DNA of 64,000 bases from a virus. Taxonomy: Duplodnaviria > Heunggongvirae > Uroviricota > Caudoviricetes. The notes below the pieces were generated by a model. That model saw nothing but the letters and a program-made list of their open reading frames with translations. It did not search any database and was not told the origin of the DNA. The stretch spans positions 189,430 through 253,429 of IMG/VR virus record IMGVR_UViG_3300029305_004950. The stretch is one strand, 5' to 3'. The position numbers were made by a program, and so were the translations under genes. Below, in pieces: positions 58,989-64,000 of this stretch (position 1 is its first letter; the number at the start of each line of letters is the position of its first letter).

Positions 58989-59432
58989 TTAGTTTTCCTT
59001 GCTATATTCTTTTTCTTTAGTTTTTAAATCATTCTGTAGTTGTTTTAACTTTTTAGTAAGTTCTTCATTCTTATAAACTTTTTTACCTTCATCATCTACT
59101 ATATACATATCCTTATCTAGATCTGTACTAGTAGAAATCCACCATCTAGTATAGTTATTCTTAGATTTTTCTTTGTCTTTAATTTCATAAGCTTCAACAG
59201 ATTTTACTCTAATTTCATACTGATTAGTATGTCTTTCGGTATAACTAAAATCGTGATAGATAGGTTCTTCATAGATTATACCAAATCTTAATCTCTTACC
59301 ATTCTTATTAAAAACAGTTTTTCCCATCATCTTGTTTTTACTGAAAAATCCGCCTTTATCTTTCTGTACGGTATTTCCCATTACTTCATTTAAAAACTCT
59401 TCATACTTTGCTCTCTTATCATTAGTATTCAT
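58989..59432 (-). CDS. Hypothetical protein, tandem paralog B
   Basis: Same shared motifs; TATATTAT motif at 59563-59570. Confidence 0.7.
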   Translation of the reverse strand: MNTNDKRAKYEEFLNEVMGNTVQKDKGGFFSKNKMMGKTVFNKNGKRLRFGIIYEEPIYHDFSYTERHTNQYEIRVKSVEAYEIKDKEKSKNNYTRWWISTSTDLDKDMYIVDDEGKKVYKNEELTKKLKQLQNDLKTKEKEYSKEN

Positions 59433-59719
59433 AACTTTAACTCCTTTTTATCTAAATTCGTACGATTATTTCGTATTATTTTTATGTTCGGATATGTACG
59501 AATTTTAAAATAAAAAAGAATAAAACTATAAAAGATTTTTATCTATATATTCTTTATATGTTATAATATATATAGAAAGGATTGATTGTACTTATGAGAA
59601 AAATGACATAAGTTGTAAATAATCAACTGGAAAAATAAAATTAAAATGAGAATTTGCATGAATGTAATATAGATCTAAACCTTTAAAAAGATTTTTATAA
59701 TTAGGAGTATAATCCTTAT

Positions 59720-59923
59720 ATGAAACTAATAAGACATCTATCATACAGAAACTTATTTAATACAAACTATAGAATTTATTGTATTCAATTCAGCCTACCT
59801 AAATTTGGATGGAGAATAAATAACTTCCTATATAAATATCACCTATCAGATATTAGTTATTGTGAAGATTGTAATAAAGTTAGATACTTAAGAAAATGGT
59901 ATAGAAAGGAAATGAAATTATGA
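59720..59923 (+). CDS. Hypothetical protein
   Basis: 67-aa ORF with AGGAG RBS; overlaps the next start (ATGA). Confidence 0.6.
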   Translation: MKLIRHLSYRNLFNTNYRIYCIQFSLPKFGWRINNFLYKYHLSDISYCEDCNKVRYLRKWYRKEMKL

Positions 59924-60270
59924 AACCACTAACTAGAAAACAGATATTTGATTTACTCTTTAAGTATCCAGAAGTAAATAGAATAGGTAGAATTATCAAT
60001 CTATCATATGGTAATAAAGTCTGGTTTGATGATCATCGTATTTGGAAACATATTTCCGATAATTTCAAACTAAGCGAAGATTTTATGAGAGAATTTAGAA
60101 AACAGTTAAATTGGGATTGTATTTCTAGAAATCAAAATTTATCAGAGAAATTTATTAAAGAAATGAAAAATTATATAGTATGGAATCATATTGTAAAATA
60201 TCAATCTCTTTCTAAAGAATTTATAGAAAGAATGGAAGAAGATTATAATATAAAAGAAAATATATACTAA
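59920..60270 (+). CDS. Tryptophan-repeat family protein
   Basis: W..IS....LSE.F..E repeats of about 22 aa. Confidence 0.7.
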   Translation: MKPLTRKQIFDLLFKYPEVNRIGRIINLSYGNKVWFDDHRIWKHISDNFKLSEDFMREFRKQLNWDCISRNQNLSEKFIKEMKNYIVWNHIVKYQSLSKEFIERMEEDYNIKENIY

Positions 60271-60292
60271 GTACAGAAAGGATATATTATAT

Positions 60293-60538
60293 ATGGCAAA
60301 AATGGTAAAACCTTCTAATAAGTCTTCATCGAAATCTAAAACAAAAATGAAAATCTATAATACTAAGGAAGCGAAGAGAGTAGTAGAAAGAAATGGTTGG
60401 AAGTTAATTAGAACAAAAGGTGATCATTTCTATTATAAAAAAGAAGGAGATCAAAAAGTTCTTGGTATTTCGGATGGTATGAATAAATATTGGTGGGAAA
60501 AAATTATTGATAAATATAATCTAGACTTAGATGCTTAA
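60293..60538 (+). CDS. HicA-family mRNA interferase-like protein
   Basis: EAKRVVERNGWKLIRTKGDHFYYKK carries the HicA G-x-H motif. Confidence 0.7.
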   Translation: MAKMVKPSNKSSSKSKTKMKIYNTKEAKRVVERNGWKLIRTKGDHFYYKKEGDQKVLGISDGMNKYWWEKIIDKYNLDLDA

Positions 60539-60547
60539 ACTAATAAA

Positions 60548-60587
60548 AAAAAAGAAACTCTCATTAAGAGAGTTTCTTTTTTTTTTG
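60548..60587. terminator. Bidirectional terminator
   Basis: AAGAAACTCTC/GAGAGTTTCTT flanked by A and T runs. Confidence 0.8.
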
Positions 60588-60611
60588 CTTTGGATCACAG
60601 AAAATTTTCAA

Positions 60612-61166
60612 TTAGTCAATAAGACTATGAAGATATTCCTTGTAATCATCACTAAGTACAAAACCGTCACTGTTAAGCAGCTGAATGATGAGATTTCCAT
60701 CAATTTCTACATTCTTAGAAACAAAGTAATTGATAAGTTCTCTGTTTCCATAAACGAGTGCATAATTGATAAGCTGTTCATCATTCAAATCGATATGATA
60801 CTTATTACCGAAGAACTTAAACCAATCAAGGTTATTAAGATCAATAGCAGCTGTAAGAATATAGTTCTTAACAAAATCTTCAATATTACTATTGATTCCG
60901 TGATTACTGAGAATATGCATTACATTCTTGAAACGACCCATTGTTGCTGCACACTTAATAGGATTATCATTGTCAATATGAGGATCGCCACCATACTTTA
61001 CTAACAATTCAAATTCATCATGTTCACCGTATGCAGCAACATGACACATCATATGAGGATACTTCTTATAAAGAGTTGCTTTACCAGATTTCAAAATAGT
61101 TTCAGCAGTCTTGAGATTGTGCTTGTCAATAGCTTCGATCAGCATGATGTCATAGTTCTTGTTCAT
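60612..61166 (-). CDS. Ankyrin-repeat-like protein
   Basis: AA.YG....FELLVKYGGD...DND.PIK.AA..G pattern. Confidence 0.7.
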   Translation of the reverse strand: MNKNYDIMLIEAIDKHNLKTAETILKSGKATLYKKYPHMMCHVAAYGEHDEFELLVKYGGDPHIDNDNPIKCAATMGRFKNVMHILSNHGINSNIEDFVKNYILTAAIDLNNLDWFKFFGNKYHIDLNDEQLINYALVYGNRELINYFVSKNVEIDGNLIIQLLNSDGFVLSDDYKEYLHSLID

Positions 61167-61270
61167 TTGTAAAATCTCCTTTTAATAAAAATGGTTTTAT
61201 TTGTTTTTAACTAAGTTTATTATATATAGATAAAACTGCTGAAAATACGGAAATTGTATGTAGTTAGATT

Positions 61271-61777
61271 TTAGTTAAAAAATTCTTCATCTCTGATATA
61301 TCCTTCATCTATCAATTTCTTTAGCATTTCCTCAGATAATTGTGTTCTATTTGATCTACCATGAAGATAACAGAACCAATCTATCTTATCTTTGAATTCA
61401 TATAGAAATTCTTCAGATAAATCTTGATATTGTTGAACTCTATACCAATTAATCGTATCTTTATTTTCTTTAATGAGGTTTTCAGATAATTTTTGATACA
61501 TAGGTAAATCATACCAACATAAATAATAACTGAATTCTCGCATAAATTCTTCAGATAATTTTTGACACATTCCAATTAAATACCAGTTTACATAGTCCTT
61601 AAATTCTCTAATAAAATCTACAGGTAATGGTTTTACATATTCAGAAATATTTGTCCAATATTCTTCATAGTTCCACCACTCCTTTATACGTTTATCACCA
61701 TTTATATAGTACTTTGGTTTAATATCAGACCATTTGAATTGAAGATTGAATATTTGCTGTTTAGTAAATTCTTTCAT
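61271..61777 (-). CDS. Tryptophan-repeat family protein
   Basis: W....YQ.LSEEF..EF repeats; start moved to 61777 (MKEFTKQQ). Confidence 0.7.
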   Translation of the reverse strand: MKEFTKQQIFNLQFKWSDIKPKYYINGDKRIKEWWNYEEYWTNISEYVKPLPVDFIREFKDYVNWYLIGMCQKLSEEFMREFSYYLCWYDLPMYQKLSENLIKENKDTINWYRVQQYQDLSEEFLYEFKDKIDWFCYLHGRSNRTQLSEEMLKKLIDEGYIRDEEFFN

Positions 61778-61793
61778 TCTATATAACCTTCTT

Positions 61794-62207
61794 TCATTCG
61801 AAAGATAATAAACAACTAGGATAGAAATTAGCAATATCATCTATAGTAGTAATTTTGCTATCAAATCCAGTCTTATGAATAGGACTCAATTCTAATAATT
61901 CCTTATATTCTTCGATAAAATCTTCTGGTAAATCTTTATAATATCCATATGATAAAAGTTGCCAAAAAATCTTAGTATCAAAGATATCATTATATCCATA
62001 TTTTAAACAATGTTGCATAAAACCTATATTACACCATTTAGTATATAGATCAAATAGTTGTTGTTTTGTTAATGGTTTATCAATTTTCTTAGACGTAATC
62101 TTTGTATCTTTGGTAATTGTTGTTCCATAAAAATGATTAAGACCGTAAATAGAATTTTCTTGTAATCTTTTCATTTTTCTAAAGTAATTGTAATCAATGT
62201 TATCCAT
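61794..62207 (-). CDS. Divergent member of the same Trp-repeat family
   Basis: LTKQQLFDL..KW and W..LS......LPEDFIEEY; TATATCAT at 62250-62257. Confidence 0.6.
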   Translation of the reverse strand: MDNIDYNYFRKMKRLQENSIYGLNHFYGTTITKDTKITSKKIDKPLTKQQLFDLYTKWCNIGFMQHCLKYGYNDIFDTKIFWQLLSYGYYKDLPEDFIEEYKELLELSPIHKTGFDSKITTIDDIANFYPSCLLSFE

Positions 62208-62312
62208 GTTTTATAAATCAACTCCTTTTTAAGTATTTCATTCAGAGTTATGATATATACTTATAAATCTTTATAATTCGCTAAAAAAAGAAAGGTACTT
62301 AATACCTTTCTT

Positions 62313-62609
62313 TTAGTTTTTATTCATAGCTTTCTGGAAAGCCAAAGACATAGCAGAAGGAAAATTTCTGCTATCGTTTCTATAAGATTCTCTTCTGTCT
62401 TCTCTTTCTTTTTTGATTCTTTTCCTTTCTTCTTCCAAATACTTTTTCTCTTCTTCGATATCTCGAATCAAAATACTAGGTACAAATTTACCATCAGGTT
62501 TCATAGAAGAAATAATCTTGTTAAAGATATTGATTTCCTCTTCAGTCAACATAATTTTGGTGGAAAGATAGTCATCACCAGCAATAATGATTTCATATTC
62601 CTTTAACAT
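62313..62609 (-). CDS. Hypothetical protein
   Basis: 98-aa ORF with GAAAGGA RBS. Confidence 0.65.
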   Translation of the reverse strand: MLKEYEIIIAGDDYLSTKIMLTEEEINIFNKIISSMKPDGKFVPSILIRDIEEEKKYLEEERKRIKKEREDRRESYRNDSRNFPSAMSLAFQKAMNKN

Positions 62610-62630
62610 TGTTCAATTTCCTTTCTTCTT

Positions 62631-63092
62631 TTATCCACAATAAGTGTCTTCGAATTCCTGACACTCAGCTCTATTTTGAACATAATCTTTGAAGAATTTC
62701 TGTGCAGACTCATAACCAGATTCTTCATAGATTTCATAAAGTTCTTCAAAATCGATATTATACTTTTCAGCCATCAATTCAATAGTCAGAGGACCATTAA
62801 ACAGATACTTATCTCTAGCAATATAGTGAGATTCGTATCTTTCAATAGCTTCTCTATCGCCATTATTCAGGTCCATCATAAACTGGTAGTTTCTAGTAGA
62901 AGAATAGACTTCGATATTATCATCGATATGCAACATTAACAAAGAACCTGCAGCAATAACTGCAATGAAAATTACAATATTAGTAACAATAGTTTTAACT
63001 CTATTGTATCTAGCTCTCTTCTTAGATTGTCGTCTATAGTTGATATTGGAGTAATTGCTAATGGGAACAATGTTGTTTCTAGGATTAGTCAT
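62631..63092 (-). CDS. Membrane-anchored hypothetical protein
   Basis: Basic stretch followed by TM helix IVTNIVIFIAVIAAGSLLML. Start moved to 63092 behind GAGAGG; TATATTAT at 63163-63170. Confidence 0.65.
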   Translation of the reverse strand: MTNPRNNIVPISNYSNINYRRQSKKRARYNRVKTIVTNIVIFIAVIAAGSLLMLHIDDNIEVYSSTRNYQFMMDLNNGDREAIERYESHYIARDKYLFNGPLTIELMAEKYNIDFEELYEIYEESGYESAQKFFKDYVQNRAECQEFEDTYCG

Positions 63093-63249
63093 GATAAAAA
63101 CCTCTCTTTTCAAAAATCAAAAAGTATGTAATGAATATTTCTTTTCTATATTCATTACATTAATAATATATATTTATAGTTTTTTAAAATACGAATTTTT
63201 ATAAAACTTTATAACTATATATCATAGACTTAATGAAAGGAGAGATTTA

Positions 63250-63570
63250 ATGGATAATAAAGAATTAATAAAAAGATTTGAATTTGATCTAAGATTTAAA
63301 TACAATCCTGCATATTTTGTAATACTAAATAAAGAAGATTTAAATCTAATTATTCACATTATTATAGAAGAATTTAATCTTAAAACTAATCTTGCATATG
63401 TAGAATATATGTTAGAAACTGATTTTAGAATAGACTGTACTGTTTTAATAGATTTAGAAAATCATATATCAGATGTATATAGTACTAATACAGCTATTTA
63501 TATGGAGCATATTTCAGAAAAAGATTTATTGCTATTACCAGATTACATTAAATCATATCGTATAGAATAA
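63250..63570 (+). CDS. Hypothetical protein
   Basis: 106-aa ORF with AAGGAG RBS and TATATCAT at 63218-63225. Confidence 0.65.
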   Translation: MDNKELIKRFEFDLRFKYNPAYFVILNKEDLNLIIHIIIEEFNLKTNLAYVEYMLETDFRIDCTVLIDLENHISDVYSTNTAIYMEHISEKDLLLLPDYIKSYRIE

Positions 63571-63579
63571 GATTTAAAA

Positions 63580-63624
63580 AAAATAGAAATCTCCTTTATT
63601 AAGAGATTTCTATTTTTTTTTTTT
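63580..63624. terminator. Bidirectional terminator
   Basis: ATAGAAATCTC/GAGATTTCTAT flanked by A and T runs. Confidence 0.8.
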
Positions 63625-63631
63625 GATTTAC

Positions 63632-63958
63632 TTAATTTTTCTTAATATATTTTCTGTATTTAGTAACTAACTTTACTATTCTAGGATCTACATCAGGAAT
63701 TGAAATACACAAAGGTGCTATGTAACTATAGAATTCAACTACAAAATTTTTAGTAAAAGTTTTTATTGGTGCATATTTCATAACTAACTCCCAATCAATG
63801 ATATCTCTATATACTTTTAAGAAATTGAAAGTAGGAGTAATTGGTTTATTGTATTTATCAAATTTATTGAGATTAAGATACATTTTGTAAGTATCTTCTA
63901 TTTCAGTACTTTTATACTTTTTTATACATTCTTCAGATAGATTTTTATTTTCCATCAT
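63632..63958 (-). CDS. Hypothetical protein, possibly Trp-repeat related (may extend upstream)
   Basis: NKNLSEECIKKY and IDWELVMKY fragments. Confidence 0.5.
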   Translation of the reverse strand: MMENKNLSEECIKKYKSTEIEDTYKMYLNLNKFDKYNKPITPTFNFLKVYRDIIDWELVMKYAPIKTFTKNFVVEFYSYIAPLCISIPDVDPRIVKLVTKYRKYIKKN

Positions 63959-64000
63959 TAGATTAAAAAGCTGTATATTTCTTGTATAAGTATTATTTCC

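Noticed and set aside
59690-59720. Self-target of array 2 unit 3 (TATAATCCT exact match at about 59708)
   Set aside because: The partner half (revcomp ATGAGAGGA) matches only 4 nt with a gap; a 9-mer hit is expected by chance in AT-rich DNA.
1-64000. tRNA or rRNA genes
   Set aside because: No cloverleaf with T-loop/D-loop signatures or rRNA sequence was recognised; intergenic gaps are explained by promoters, terminators, arrays and introns.

Overview
A 64-kb segment of a very AT-rich jumbo phage of the AR9/PBS1 (phiKZ-like) type, probably infecting a Firmicutes host. It carries both halves of a split multisubunit RNAP beta subunit, NAD-dependent DNA ligase, HU, dCMP deaminase, a 31-kb minus-strand block of tail-fibre/virion appendage genes, a T4 gp21-type prohead protease split by two group I introns, and the probable major capsid protein split by a third. 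The main result is an RNA-guided TIGR-Tas-type system. A Nop/IS110-like protein without a recognisable nuclease domain (6993-8264) is followed by a 36-nt-period dual-repeat array with 9-nt spacers (8292-8793), and a second, larger orphan array with the same repeats lies at 14430-15130. Other notable features: an antisense, separately promoted 7x Myb-like repeat ORF inside an intron P6 loop, an AR9-type late promoter (AACA-N6-TA) in front of most structural genes (hinting at a uracil-DNA phage), and a shared protease-cleavage motif marking head proteins. All family assignments come from motif recognition by eye, with no database searches run.
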